Positions 37,500 through 50,480 of a DNA stretch of 64,000 nt are shown piece after piece (the first letter of the stretch is position 1; the number at the start of each line of letters is the position of its first letter). This DNA is from Leptogorgia sarmentosa (Eukaryota), in the NCBI GenBank assembly GCA_964658305.1, contig OZ210885.1, positions 4,960,001-5,024,000 of the forward strand, read 5' to 3'. The notes under the pieces were generated by a model. It saw only the letters and a program-made list of their open reading frames with translations. It searched no databases and was not told the origin of the DNA. The position numbers and the translations under genes are program-made.

Positions 37500-37890
37500 A
37501 ATTTTTTGTTGACGAGCTGGTGACCTCGGATGCGGTGGTAACGTCAGCACTGGTGCTGCTAGTACTTGCCACACCACCACTCTGACCACACCATCGCTCT
37601 GACCACACTATCACTTGCCACAGCATCACTGACCACACCATCACTTGCTACACGATCACTTGCTACACCATCACTGACAACACCATCACTCGCCATGTCA
37701 CTATGGATCACATCAGCACCTGGAGTGTCTATGATGCTTATTTTAATCTCATCCTTGTGTTCCAAAATGGAATTCAGTTGGGAGGCTCCCTAAGCACAAG
37801 GTTTTTTGAAAGGAATTCCTGGCAAGCCTTCCACCTCAAACTCCAAGCTTCGTTTGTATGGAAAGGGACCATTTCTTCCAGTTGCTTCTT
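37500..37890 (-). pseudogene. Exon encoding a GTF2I-like repeat followed by a 15-bp minisatellite, copy 1
   Basis: After the acceptor ttttcctgcag: FPYKRSLEFEVEGLPGIPFKKPCA*GASQLNSILEHKDEIKISI, then VASDG/VVSDG repeats. Confidence 0.65.
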
Positions 37891-38709
37891 CTGCAGGAAA
37901 AGTGAATAGAACAGAATCCGATTAGGTACAGGGTGAGCAGTTTTAAAAATACAAAACAAAGGATACTACATAGATAAAAATCACTTTAGTTACAACGTTT
38001 GCAATTTCACGTGCATTTCTGTCTAGTGAGTGTCCATGCTGTTACACTCACCATACTTGGCATTGAACAAGGATTGAACTTCCTTACGTAGTCTCTCTTC
38101 TTTTTTTGTTACTGTAAATTGACAGAATATATAAATATAAAATCAGGTAATGTATAGGCATTCACATTGTTGCTGCTCAGTATCCTTTTCCCTACCTGTT
38201 CTCATTGTCCCAGTTGAAGACAATTGTTTATGTATTCGTTTTATAAAAGCTTTATCCAGATTTTTCCAAATGTGCCTTTCCTTCTGGAAATCCAATGACA
38301 AAGGTCCGACATCCATGGGTTTCGAGTGCTTTACACTGTTTAATGATGAAACAAAGCATAATGTGTAACATAGAATAGAATCACAATTTAATATCAAGAA
38401 CAGTTTACTATAACATACATGTCATTAATTAAACTTTTCACAGAATTTCAGTAGGATTCACTATAAACCAAGGAAACAAGTTTTACTCACTGTATTGTTT
38501 TGGAGTTGTGAAAATATATCTTTTACTTTTTTGAGTTTCTGTGTTTGAGTGTCAATAAGCACAACATCTGTGTCATTAGCTGCAATATCCACATATTTTT
38601 CCTTTTCTACATCATCACAACTTTGAAACGTTTCTGAAGCAATCTTGTTAAATGTCGTCAGACCTTCAGCCAAGCATCTTAGAACATTGATATTTATCTA
38701 CATCTATAT

Positions 38710-39390
38710 TTATATCCGCTTTGTCCAGGAAAACTTTATACCTACTCAGCGGATCATACGCCTGGAAATTCTTGCAAAGTCACTGAAAGGAGAAGAATTG
38801 GCTCAGCGACTAATGTCTTGCCTGGCTGTGGATTATAAGCTTGGTCCGAGCACGGTCATTGCAGCTGTAAGGGATGGCGCATCTGTTAATGGAGCTGCCT
38901 TGAGACAGCTGATGTTTTTTTATCAAAAACTCTTTGATGTTGTGTGCTTCTCCCATACTATTGACAATGTCGGCAGCCATTTTCAGTTTCAAATCCTGGA
39001 CCTATTCTTCCGTTATTGGATAGCCATGTTTTCCCATAGCTTCAATGCACGCCTTATTTGGAGAGAGAGAACGGGCCAGTCCATTCACAAGTTCAGCGAC
39101 ACACGTTGGTGGAGCAAATGGGAAGTGCTTAGCCAAGTGATCGACTATTTTGGTTATGTCGAGCCATTTATTCGCGAGAATGAGGAAATCTGTCCTGCTA
39201 ATTGCCAACATCTGCTGGAGATATTTGACGATCCCCAAAGCTTGCTTGAGTTACGCATGGAGCTGGCTGCACTCGTTGATGCAGGGGTTCATTTTGTCAA
39301 AGCAACCTACTACTTGGAAGGAGATGGGCCACTCATTTTCACTTGCTATGAGAAGCTTTCAGCTGTTTCCCGGGCTGTAGCTGTCGACAA
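38710..39390 (+). mobile_element. hAT-superfamily transposase fragment (open frame)
   Basis: VRDGASVNGAA, CFSHTIDNVG, SDTRWWSKWE, TYYLEGDG. Confidence 0.85.
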
Positions 39391-39915
39391 ACATTATTTG
39401 CACATGAAGCAACTTCTAAAGGTAAAACACACAAGAACAAATTAATAAATAATAGTAGGTTGGTTTTCAACAGTATGAGGATACAGTCCTGTACATAGAA
39501 CATTGACAAAAACTAGAGGTGCCACATAATGCACATAAGGTGACGAAAACTAGAGGATACTTTCCCTCAGCAGAATAATTAAAATTAAATCTGTCAAAAG
39601 GTTTTGCTAAATTTAGCTTAAAAACTTGGGGTGTTTAGGCCTAAATTTCAAAAAGTGTTTTATTATTTTACACTTTATAAAACTGTTAGTCTTGTAAAGT
39701 ATTGTATAATGTTGCCTTTGGTTTCTTAGAGACATAAGGGCCACATAAGCCTTTATTGTCCTAGAAAGTGGCATACATCTTTGGCCATCTTTATATGACA
39801 CCTACAGTAAGAACCTGAAATCTACATGAAAAAAGGCAACTAGCCAGACTAGAAAGCTATTTTCAAATTTACATAGAAATATGGCAGAGAGCATGAAAAA
39901 TATTATTCATTAATA

Positions 39916-42114
39916 TCACAGCAAACATTTTTTTAAATTTGGAAATGTACCTTCTTTAAGTTTCTGGAATAGTTCTACCATTTCTTCTGATCTTTTAAAC
40001 CCTTGGGTATGAGTATCTTCAGATTGCAAAGTATTCTGCCTATTCTGGCTGTGGTCTGATTTTTGCAAGTGTTCTCGCAATTTCTCATCATCACTTGCCC
40101 TTTTCTTCGTCTTGTAGGGTCCACGCACTACCTCTTTATGCCCTTTATTGCTACTGATACCCTTCATTTTTTGGATTTTAGTCTCAATGGATCGCACTAA
40201 GTAACCAAGAAGATTAAATTAGATAAATGTGGGATTATATGTACTTGTGTATTAGTATACACATATATACAACACTAATTAATACTTTTTGTCAAGTTTC
40301 ATCAATGATTGTCCATGAACTCTGAACCTATGGTCGATCATTTGGTATTGATCTCAAGTGGTGGCTTCAAGGGCTAATGGCCGCTAATTTCATGCAAGTA
40401 CAAGTACGAACACAGAAATACACATGCTGCACCAGGACTGATAGTGGATCTTTTTAGATATATGTAGCAATCATTGATGACAGCCTGATGGCAACAGGAC
40501 ATAGAGCAGTGCTATCAGACACATGACAGGTCGCGTTAACAGTGCTATAGTCAGAGGCTGCTACAGGTACAATGATTGGTCCATAATTCAAACACATATA
40601 AATGATACTATGCAATGTCATCAACCCTTGTGCACTCACCCTTCCCCCGAACCCCAGCTTTAATAAACAATAAACAGTTAATGGCTCTTTAATTTTTGCC
40701 TATTATCCAATGATATAAAGAGTTAACTGATGGGGCAATGGTATAATAGGCCATATGAGCCACAATATGCCAGGTGGAAATATGAAGATTTTTAACATGC
40801 CAGGAAGGGCTGCATAGTTTCTAACCAATCATGGCCAATCATGGTCAGAGGACCTAAACAAAATGACTTCATGATAATGATCACTAAGTAATTTTCTTTC
40901 AAAGGTAATAAATATACTGGTGGCCACTGGTACATATACTTACCAAACAAAATATAGTCTCCCATATTGCTACGAAGTCGGGTAATTTGGTTGCTCCATT
41001 CTGTCTGGCTGTTTGACACATAAATTTCCTTGTCTCCTCGATGCTGTATTCCCAAATCAATATTAAATGTCCCAATATTCATTCTGCGTGCATCTGTGAC
41101 GCCATACTCCTTCCGAATATTATGTTTCATGGCAAATAAATTATCGTGTTCATTCATTAGAGTCACAATGGTACGCCTTTCGTAACATGGTCTTGAAGTG
41201 CCAAAGCGAAACAATTGAAACAAAGCATCTACTTGAAAACCTTTAGTATTGTCTACTGATGTACTCTCCTTGTACTCTTCAGATATTCCAGTACCACCAG
41301 CAGTTCCACCAGACTTTGTTATGAAACATGAGGTAACAGTGGTTTGAATTTGAGGCTTTAATCGGGTACACAATTCTGTTACACTATTGCCACTTTTGGC
41401 TTTATTCTTATTGCCATCATCACTATCATCACATGGGAAACTTGTATCAGAATGAGAAGATCTATCAGATGGATCAGATGTTGGCAGTACATCAAACAGC
41501 TCTAAACAACCATAAAAGCCATACAAATAAAAGGGGCCACAAAACAAACATATAACAGTCATAACAGAATCAAGGCAATCAAAACATTAACGAACAAAGG
41601 GCACAGCGTCAAAAACAGACACACAAGTCTGCTAGTGGCCAGGCAGTGGCCAGCTCAACTCAGGCAGTGGCCAGCAGTGGCCTGCGTGGCTAGTGGCAGC
41701 AGTGGCCTTTTGTGGTCTACTCTCACTGCTGCTTTATTTGCATTAAAGGACGCGGTATGTAAATTCGTGTAGCCTATTAAATTATTTGGCATTTTTGCCA
41801 TGTACTTTCGATTTTATTAATAATATAAAAGGCATCAAATGGTACACACTATTAACATACATTGATGGCATTAATAAAATTTTAAGCTTACCATGTCTGC
41901 AATTTGTTGCCTTTGTTGGTTTTGTTCGATGGCGCTCTTTCTTGCCTTTCTTGGCTTTATGCCTTTTATGAATGTGGCCGCCATATTCGTGGCTTTCACG
42001 TTGGGCCTTTCTCAGCTTTCTCCGTGATTTGCCTGACTTTTTACTTTTTTTATGGCTTTTATGCTTTTTAACTTTGTCGTAATCATCCAAACTCTCGTGC
42101 TTGCGTTTCCCCAT
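39916..42114 (-). CDS. Putative three-exon gene of unknown function (42114-41892, 41501-40944, 40196-39916), Lys/His-rich N-terminus
   Basis: GTAAG donors and pyrimidine-rich TAG acceptors, both introns phase 1, about 353 aa open; CCAAT boxes near 42309 and 42346. The 3' end is uncertain. Confidence 0.6.
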
Positions 42115-43799
42115 GACATTAAAGGTTCCTAAAGTCCCTAACAATCATCGAAACACATGCCACATGGCCCGCAAACATGTACTATACTAGGCCCATATTT
42201 ATAGTACATGTTTTGAATGTTTTCTCGCATTTTCACTTGAAATATTTAAGCCCTAGAAAATTCCTTGGAAATTCCTTGGAAAGTTATGCCAGTTATATGT
42301 GTTCTTGACCAATCAAAACTTCCCACAACCGAATATCTAATTTTGATTGGCTAAGACACAATTAACATCAACATAATATGAGCACTGAGAATTTTCGTAT
42401 TCAATTACCGGTAAAAACCCCATGACAGAAACTTGAGTATGAGTAGACTGCCAACGTCGTTCTCGCTTTTTAAAATATAGTGCTGTCGCTGTCGAAAATA
42501 AATAAAACAGTGTCGCAGTCGCTCTTTCGCCCTTCTTCACCGTCGTTTGTCGGGATTTCAAAACTGCGCTGTCACCTAAAAAAGGGCCCTGTCGGCTGTC
42601 GCAACTTACCCCTAACAGGGCCCCTTACCAGCCTGGAATACATCGACTAGGTGTTTGTGTTTGGGTACATTTTGTGATGTGGTAATAGGTGCAGTATTTG
42701 ATGCGACGGTGTGATTGGTGTATGTATTTGTTTGAGTGTGTTTGGACAAATGTCAGTGTGTGTTCACATGTAGATTGTTATTTGTGTGCAATAGCAAACA
42801 AACAAATCCCATATAAAATGAACTGTCCATTTACATGGAATACACCAGGCTATTTTATATTATATCACATGGTGTTGTAAACCTTGCATGGTTTGTAGTT
42901 GGCAGCCAAATATATTACTTGTGGGAATGTTACCCACTGTGATTGATCATTTAACAAATTCAGAATAATTTCCACAGGTGAATGGCAAAGGAAATTTTTA
43001 GCTTTTGCAAGCTGGAAAAACGTGGATTATTTTTATGGTTAGGAATGTTTGTTATGTAGCTTTGAACAATCATGTAGCTCTCAAACTTATCCACCAAAAG
43101 TGATATCTCATTGAGACATTTGATATTCCTTGGAAGCCAAATCTCTTTCTGTGTTAAAGATAGAACTCTGTGTTTTGAATATGAACTTGAACTTCCTTCT
43201 GGATAGGAAATTTCTATATTTTCAGGGGGCTCGCCCCCCTGAAATTCTTGGTTTTTGAATTCATCTCGTAACATTGGTTTTATACATAGTTGATTCGTGT
43301 AAATTCAACATGCTATATACCATTTTAAAGCTTATGAGATGGTTAAAACAAATAACATACTTAGAAATTGCTGATGACTATATGTATTTGAAAAAAGCTT
43401 TCAAACATGATAACATGCATTTTATGGTAATAGTGAAGTATCTCTAATTGTTCTCTCACATAATGACATGAAAACTGCTTGTACTGCTAAAATATCATAC
43501 ACCCTTAGCTCACTTTACATATTCTTGGTGCTATTCCTGATGATTTAAGCTAGTGGTACATCGTCATCATAAATGTCTGAATCATTGTTCAGTACTAATT
43601 GTGCAAGAGGACAATAACTTCTAATGAACAACGTAACAAGTTGGTGTTGATATTGAGTTATATGAACATGGACCCAGTCAAACTTACAAGGAACTGTATT
43701 CAGCATAGTGAATAGTAAGGAACTCTGACCACAATGCCCAATGTCAAAAATATCATCAGTCTTGTTGCTGCCGCAGCGAGTGAGACTGAAGCAAGCGAG

Positions 43800-44740
43800 C
43801 AAGGCAGCAGATCCTAATTTTGTTACGTGAATCGAAATCAAAATTTTCTATTGGCGCATTGCATGACGGTACCAGTATATTTAAGATGTTCGACCCGCAT
43901 TTGCAAAGAAATGTTAACACATTAGATTTTTACCAAGATATCTACATAACATATAATGCATGCATGCAGCATGCATTGCATCCTTGCTGCAATTTTGTTT
44001 CAAATAACATGCTTTACCATGACCATTTGTTGGGATTGGAAGTCATCAGGATTGTGGTTGCAGTTTATGCCTTTAGGGATTGTGGTATATTTTTTGAGCG
44101 CTTTCACACGCATGTATGAGGAGATAACTTTGCTTGGTTCAGGTAACACTGCTTCACTTCCTTCAATTGGTTCGCTGATGATGGCGAAGGTCATTTCGGG
44201 CAATGCATTGCCACTGATCGTTCCGTTCCATTTGGGGAGACTAAGATTTTGGATGCTGATGACATTGCCAATGTTCACATTTGTGCTGGTTGCTTGATCA
44301 TTCCAAAGAGCAATACTGATTGATGCAGTGTGGTATCTGAAAGTAATATGTTTCTTTTCATTTTTGATGGGGAACCGCCGTTGATGCTATATCTGACCAA
44401 ACTTGCTTGGTGATATTTCTATCGGAATTGTGGTCAAGAACAACTTCCATGTCATTAGATAGATTGCCATAACATTGTTGATATTTAAAAGATTTGAAAT
44501 GATGTCTTATGGGCTTGTAGTAACTCGACGAGTTGCTGCTTAAAACAAACGGCTCGCATGTAGGAAGTTGAATCTTCATTCGATATTGTCATGAAATCAT
44601 TTTGCTGTTTTTGATTTCTTTTACGCCAGACTTTGAAATTATTGCACATGTCAAACCACTGGGAGATTTCTTAGGAGATTTGGAAATCTCCATTTTCTTC
44701 AAGTCTTGGATGGATAATGTGAACCCCTCCATATCTTCTT
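43800..44740 (-). pseudogene. RPA1-like multi-OB-fold protein, frameshifted
   Basis: ENILLS..TASISIALWNDQA...GNVISIQNLSLPKWNGTIS, followed by a Cys-rich C-terminal segment. Confidence 0.55.
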
Positions 44741-44759
44741 TCTTTTTTTTATAAATAAA

Positions 44760-45343
44760 AATAATAACTCCTTTATGAGCAACGAGATGTTGGAACAGGC
44801 CCTTCCTGGTAATATCATGCACTACTACGGGTCGCTGAAGGTCTCTAAGTGGAGATTCTACACATATCTTATATGCTTGGGATTTTCCTGCTCCTGGCTC
44901 GCTCAAACTTACCGTGAAAAGGTTACAAGGTTTGCTGTACCTATTTCGTGTCCTGAGTTTGGTGTTGGGCCCCATTAATGTTGACACCACTGGAAAAGCT
45001 CCAATCAATGTTATCACAGACACTTTTTAGAGTCGTAGTATAGGCATATTATAATACCGATCAATTAGAAAAGTTATGCGCTCCTGTAAGTATAAGACAC
45101 GTCTTATTTTAACTATATATACTATTCGCTAATATTTATTTGTCATGCCTAACACTAAAACTTACAAGCAGAAATGCCTTTTGTTGTTCTGCAAAGAAGT
45201 CGATCACTGCAAATCTCGTTGCTTATCACACAAGGCGTTTCAAGTTCCGTTTCATCCTGGTTGATGTAATGAGCTGCAACATTTAAAAGCATGTGAAGAA
45301 CACAAGCAAGCCTGATATAGAAAAGAAGAAAAGCAAAACGCAA
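44760..45343 (-). pseudogene. DUF3987-like P-loop ATPase fragments
   Basis: NLFTVSLSEPGAGKSQAYK...VHDITRKGLFQHL and YIRLACVLHML. Confidence 0.6.
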
Positions 45344-46049
45344 TTAATGCAAAAAGAATAATTCAACATTTCACTTTCAGTATATGTTATGTATATTATA
45401 TATATATATATAATCGAACACGAAACCCGAAGCAGCGAGAAAAACAAGTATGATCAGATTTTGTACATCGTGCACCATGCACTCATCGTGAGAGAAAGTG
45501 TGGTGCGAGCCTGATGAATTTTTTTAATCTTTTCACACGTTGTCACTTGTCTGTGCACATGCTAGCTTTCTCCCACTGGTCATTCATCATCTTGGATAAT
45601 TTGTTGGAATGGTCGACATATAATTTTTTTGCATCGCTCGAAAAGACATGTGCACGCCCCTCTTCATGAATATCGCAGATGGATTTGTATATTTCTAAAA
45701 AATGGAATAGAATAGAATAATTATATAATTGATATATGTTTAGCCTTAAATACGAAATTAATGATTGGTCAAACCACCGGAAAAGTTATTATGTTTAATC
45801 AAACGTTGTTTGCCACGAAAAAAAATTGATTTTATTACTGTATTTCAGCCTGAATCTATACATTTGCTTTAGCACTTGCAATTGTCAATTTTTATTTTTT
45901 ATGAAAACAAATTCTGACAGTCAGAAAAAAAATTTGGCCTAAAGATTTGGGAATAGAACTTAAAACAGCGCATGCGACATACCCTTTAATCCTTGAACTG
46001 AATACATATCAAGCGTGTCACACCAAAGTTCAACCTCCTCCTCCTGCAA

Positions 46050-46620
46050 GAGGTGCAGTGTTATCGAGCACATCAAAATTCTATCCAGGAAGCCATCCTT
46101 GGTTCTTGCCAGCGGTTTGAAGAGCTGCATGAACGGTTCCGGTTGTGTGGAGCCGCCAAGTGCTTACCAGTTGCGCTACCACTGACCACACCACAATGTG
46201 CCACACCATCACTGACCACACCACCACTTGCCACACCACCACTTGCCACACCATCACTGACCACACCATCACTTGCCATGTCACTATGGATCACATGAGC
46301 ACTCGGAGTGTCTCTGATGCTTATTTTGATCTCATCGTTGTGTTCCAAAATGGAATTCAGTTGGGAGGCTCCATAAGCACAACGTTTTTTGAAAGGAGGT
46401 CCAAGCTTTGTTTGTATGGAAAGGGACCATTTCTTCCAGTTGCTTCTTCTGCAGGAAAAGCGAATAGAACAGAATCCGATTAGGTGCAGGGTGAGCAGTT
46501 TTAAAAATACAAAACAAAGGATACCACATAGATAAAAATCACTTTATTTACAACGTTTGCAATTTTACGTGCATTTCTGTCTAGGGACTGTCCATTGTGT
46601 TACACTCATCATACTTGGCA
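46050..46620 (-). pseudogene. Second copy of the GTF2I-like exon, 15-bp minisatellite and upstream intron
   Basis: Colinear with 37570-38062; retains CAYGASQLNSILEH but has a deletion across VEGLPG. Confidence 0.65.
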
Positions 46621-46754
46621 TGAAAATCCAACTGTGCCAATGGAAAAAGTCAATGGTGCAAAAGCCAACTACAGGTGAATATTGATGTTCTGCATAGGAT
46701 AATTATTCAAAATGCATGCTGGTATGGTGTAAGTTTGATATTGTTTACAGATAG

Positions 46755-47101
46755 ATAGAAAAACTTTGTTTTAACAAAGATCAGTCTCGAAAAACTATTA
46801 TATGAACACTATGCCTTACTTCAAGTTTAAACAAAATCTCAGTCTAGAAAAACTATTATACGAACACTATGCCTTAATGCAAAGAAATTACTGGACAGCT
46901 TTTCTGTCGTAGAGACAAAAGATTGAAAGACCTTGTCAAAAATAATCAAAACATTCTCTGAGAGAAACTTTGCCCTAAGAATAGAAAAACTTTGTTTTAA
47001 CAAAGATCCCAGTCTTGAAAAACTATTATATGAACACTATGCCTTAATTCAAGTTTGAACACGGCCCCAGCTCGAAAAACTATTATACGAACACTGTGCC
47101 T
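46755..47101. repeat. Nested repeat: 58-bp dimer duplicated at about 226-bp spacing
   Basis: gaaaaactattataYgaacactRtgcctt at about 46789, 46847, 47017 and 47075. Confidence 0.85.
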
Positions 47102-48276
47102 TCAATGGCACCTCATATTTCTTCATGTTATTTAGCAGTATTTTAAAATCGAAATTGAACCCACCATGAGTGCAAATCACTACAAATAACAAAATTTATT
47201 TATATTTTGCAAAGTGCACCACCTTTGATGGCCACACCTTTGATGGCTTCGATCACGTCGTTCAGCAGCAAACGTTTGGAGGCAATGTCCTCATGAGGAA
47301 CTCGCCATGTTGCGCGACATGGGACCGCTCGATGTTTAGGTTTTAGCTAATGCAAAATAAATACGCAATATAATACCTTGCATATACATCGGCTACAAAG
47401 GTTTTTCGCAAATATCGATAAAGAATGTCATGGCAACTTACCAAGCTCAAAACATTTGCTCGTAGAGAGTTTTGGAGGCGTTTGGAATGTAATTCTTTTC
47501 TTGGCTTCGGCGGCATTTTGCAAGAGAAATTGTTGTGTGCAGTGAACATGCCTTATATGTTTTGCTATGATGGTATTTACATAGGGAACAATATTTAGTA
47601 CTTTGGTTATAATACGTATCCCTAAATATTGTACCTTTAACAATGCCATTTAAAGGTCAATTTCCCATGATTGACGGTCTGCTGCGCTTATAACCGTTAT
47701 TGGTCCAAACCACAACATTATAGGCATGGTCAATGAAGGGGAAAAATAATTTATATTTTCAAATACGTTGTAGGAGAAGTGAAAATCTTTCACTATCATG
47801 TATGAATATATTAAAACATCATATTAGGAACACATGTAAATGAAGGGGTCGTTCCCCTGTTCCGTTTCAATTTAAGTTGTTCCGCACTGCCTATGTTCCG
47901 AAATTCGGAACGCTTTAACAAATGTTGATTAAGGAACAATAATAATTGGAGTTCCTTTATTTAGGAACAAAATGTTCCGCTCTTGCGCATATAATACATG
48001 TTAAAGTGGAACGATTTGTTCCCTTTTATTGTTCCCTTTTATTGTTCCCTTTTATTGTTCCCTTGTGAAGGAAGCAATGTCATGAACAATACATTTCTCA
48101 CAATGCAGTGCCTTGGGTTGTTAATAAGAAACTCAATTTATGCAGTTTGCATAAGTTGTTGTTATAAAAGCCAAGGTACTTTTGGTCGCAAACATTTTAT
48201 CGTTTATATGTTTGCACGTAGAAAAGCTCAAATAGATTGGAAGTCTGTAGACGGGGCGTTTACAAAACCGAGGTGA

Positions 48277-49495
48277 TTGCATTTGGTGAAAGGCAGCAAT
48301 GGCTTACATCATTGTCCAGTAATAGCTTCTGAACATTCAGTATTTGGCAGTCAAAGAGGCTGTCGTAAACATGTTAAAACGATACACGGCTGGTATTACT
48401 ATTTTGACACAAAGCCCGAAGTGTGCCTTTCGCCGCTTGCAATCACCGAAACGCAGCGAAGATGTGGTAAAGCAGTCCCGGGCTGTTCCACAGATAATGA
48501 CTTTGCTAGATCGTTTTCAAAATGGCTTCAAAGCAGCTGTGGCGGCGGCAAATCTGCCACACAATCGGACGTTTCAGTTAACCGAGATTAAAGTTCATAA
48601 AGTTTTGTTGTGACAAGAATGGCGAAGGCGAAGAAGACGTGCTCAATGCACCTAATCTCATCGATTACGCCTTGGGGTCTCCACAACTAGTAACAAAGTT
48701 TGTGGACGCTCTCAAAGAGAAGTGGTGTATTGGACACTCAGGACAAATTAGGTAGGTCGCAAGTATTTCTGATTTACTAGATTTTCGCAAATTCAATCGT
48801 CCCCTTCAACAGTGCTTCAAAACTTCGCAGTTACCGAAGTGTATGTAAAGAGAGCGTGAAAGTATTTAGCCAAAGACATGAGATCAAATTGGACAACCGA
48901 ACTGGGTATAGAAACCCTCGAATCCCGTAGAAGTTGGGCAACTATTTTCGAAGTACAATCTGTCATTCCATTTCATGAGGACCGTTATAAATCTGTATTA
49001 GAAAATTGTATGATATCACCTTCTACAGTCAAAACAAGGGACGTGACATTTGCCACCAGATTCGTTGCAGCTTACATGTTCCTCAAAGTGTAAGGTTGCC
49101 GCCCAATGACCTACCAACATCTGACCTTGCGAATGTTTGAATGTGCGAAAAGAAACGAAGGAATAGTGGATGAGAAAGTATTCATGACGGCTAAAACGTA
49201 TGGGTTTGACTGTGTTTACTTTGACGAATGCAGCATCGAGTTACTCGAAAAGTATATAGCGTATGTAAGGCCCCTTCTTACACCCACATGCGACTATGTG
49301 TTGGTGAATCGAAACGGTAAACAATTCCAAAATCTTTCTAATCTTTTGAGTGTATTGGTCTTTGAAGCAATAGGAAAATACATTCATCCAACTAGGTACA
49401 GACAGATTATCGAAACAGAAAGTGCGCACGTTCTCCTGCCAAACGAACAGCAGTGGATATCTGAAGACCAAAAGCATAGCTCCAACGTCGCCGGT
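48277..49495 (+). mobile_element. Tyrosine recombinase pseudogene with N-terminal C2H2-like finger (Crypton-like)
   Basis: HCPV...CRKHVKTIHGWYYYF; GCRPMTY; KTYGFD; YIHPTRYRQIIETES; EDQKHSSNVA, truncated just before the expected catalytic Tyr. Confidence 0.75.
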
Positions 49496-49559
49496 GTATC
49501 ATCGCGGCCGAAAACTGCGTCTCACTTGTCACAGAGGCAATGTGTTGCGCAGGGATGAC

Positions 49560-50480
49560 ACGTCGGAATACGTTTGCCCACACCGTTTTACCAGAGTCAC
49601 GCGGACCAGCCAGTACCAGTTTCCGGGTTTTGTGGGGCATGTTGGAACCGCAGATGCATTGGTAGAATTTGTTCAGGAATGCAATTCTGACGTTCACATC
49701 CGGAAATAAATTTACAACGCCTTCTTCGAAGAAGCGCGGTGTTGGTGGCGTGGCAGATCGATAGGGTACGAATGCCAGCGGCGAAACCTTGCCGATCTTC
49801 TCCGCGGGAATGGCGTTGGGAACGAATGAGCGGCGACTTATCGAGAAGCAGATTCCTTCGGACACTTCTATAAGGTCGGAATCGAACTCCATCTGCTCGA
49901 CAAGTTCGCAGGCAGGGTGGGACAGGATTCTTTCGATCGTATTGAAATGTCTCAGCAGGGCGTCGTTGATGGCCGCGTTGCGAAGTATCTTGTTCAGATA
50001 TGAGTTAACGTCCATCATTCTGACATAGGTAGCGGTCGCTCCTTCCGCTTTGCCGTAGATGGCCGAACGATGGAGGGTGTGGTCGCATATTTTCATCATG
50101 CGAGAGATCTTGGTTATGGTCCTTGTGACCTCGTTTTCTATCGGAACGGATGTCGCCACGTTCGATTGGTGCGAGTGCAAGGTGAGACCATCCAATCGCA
50201 CTCTGTCCACCACAGTGTGTATGGCATGCTCGTATCCCTCGTGGTTGACAACGGTGAAAACACAGGGCAGGGTTGGGAAGTGCTTCGGTTGGAAGTGGTC
50301 TTCTTAATCCTCTGCCTCATCATTCGACGACGACTGCACGTCCTGATAACAATGGGCATTGGAGGCATCTAACATCTCCTGCACCGTGGCGTTGTTGTGA
50401 TCTTTCACGACCTGGAACAACTGTAGGGCGCCAGTGTCCATCTGGTCGTTGTCCGCGTTCCTCACATTGATTGACTGGAA
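49560..50480 (-). pseudogene. SF3 (D5/NS1-like) helicase, 3'-truncated after Walker A
   Basis: FLNKFYQCI...KTRKLVLAGPRDSGKTVWANV; homologue at 63382-64000. Confidence 0.75.

Noticed and set aside
46755..47101. CRISPR-like array of about 30-bp repeats
   Set aside because: Spacers are unequal and related to each other, there are no cas genes, and the context is eukaryotic; it is a nested tandem duplication.
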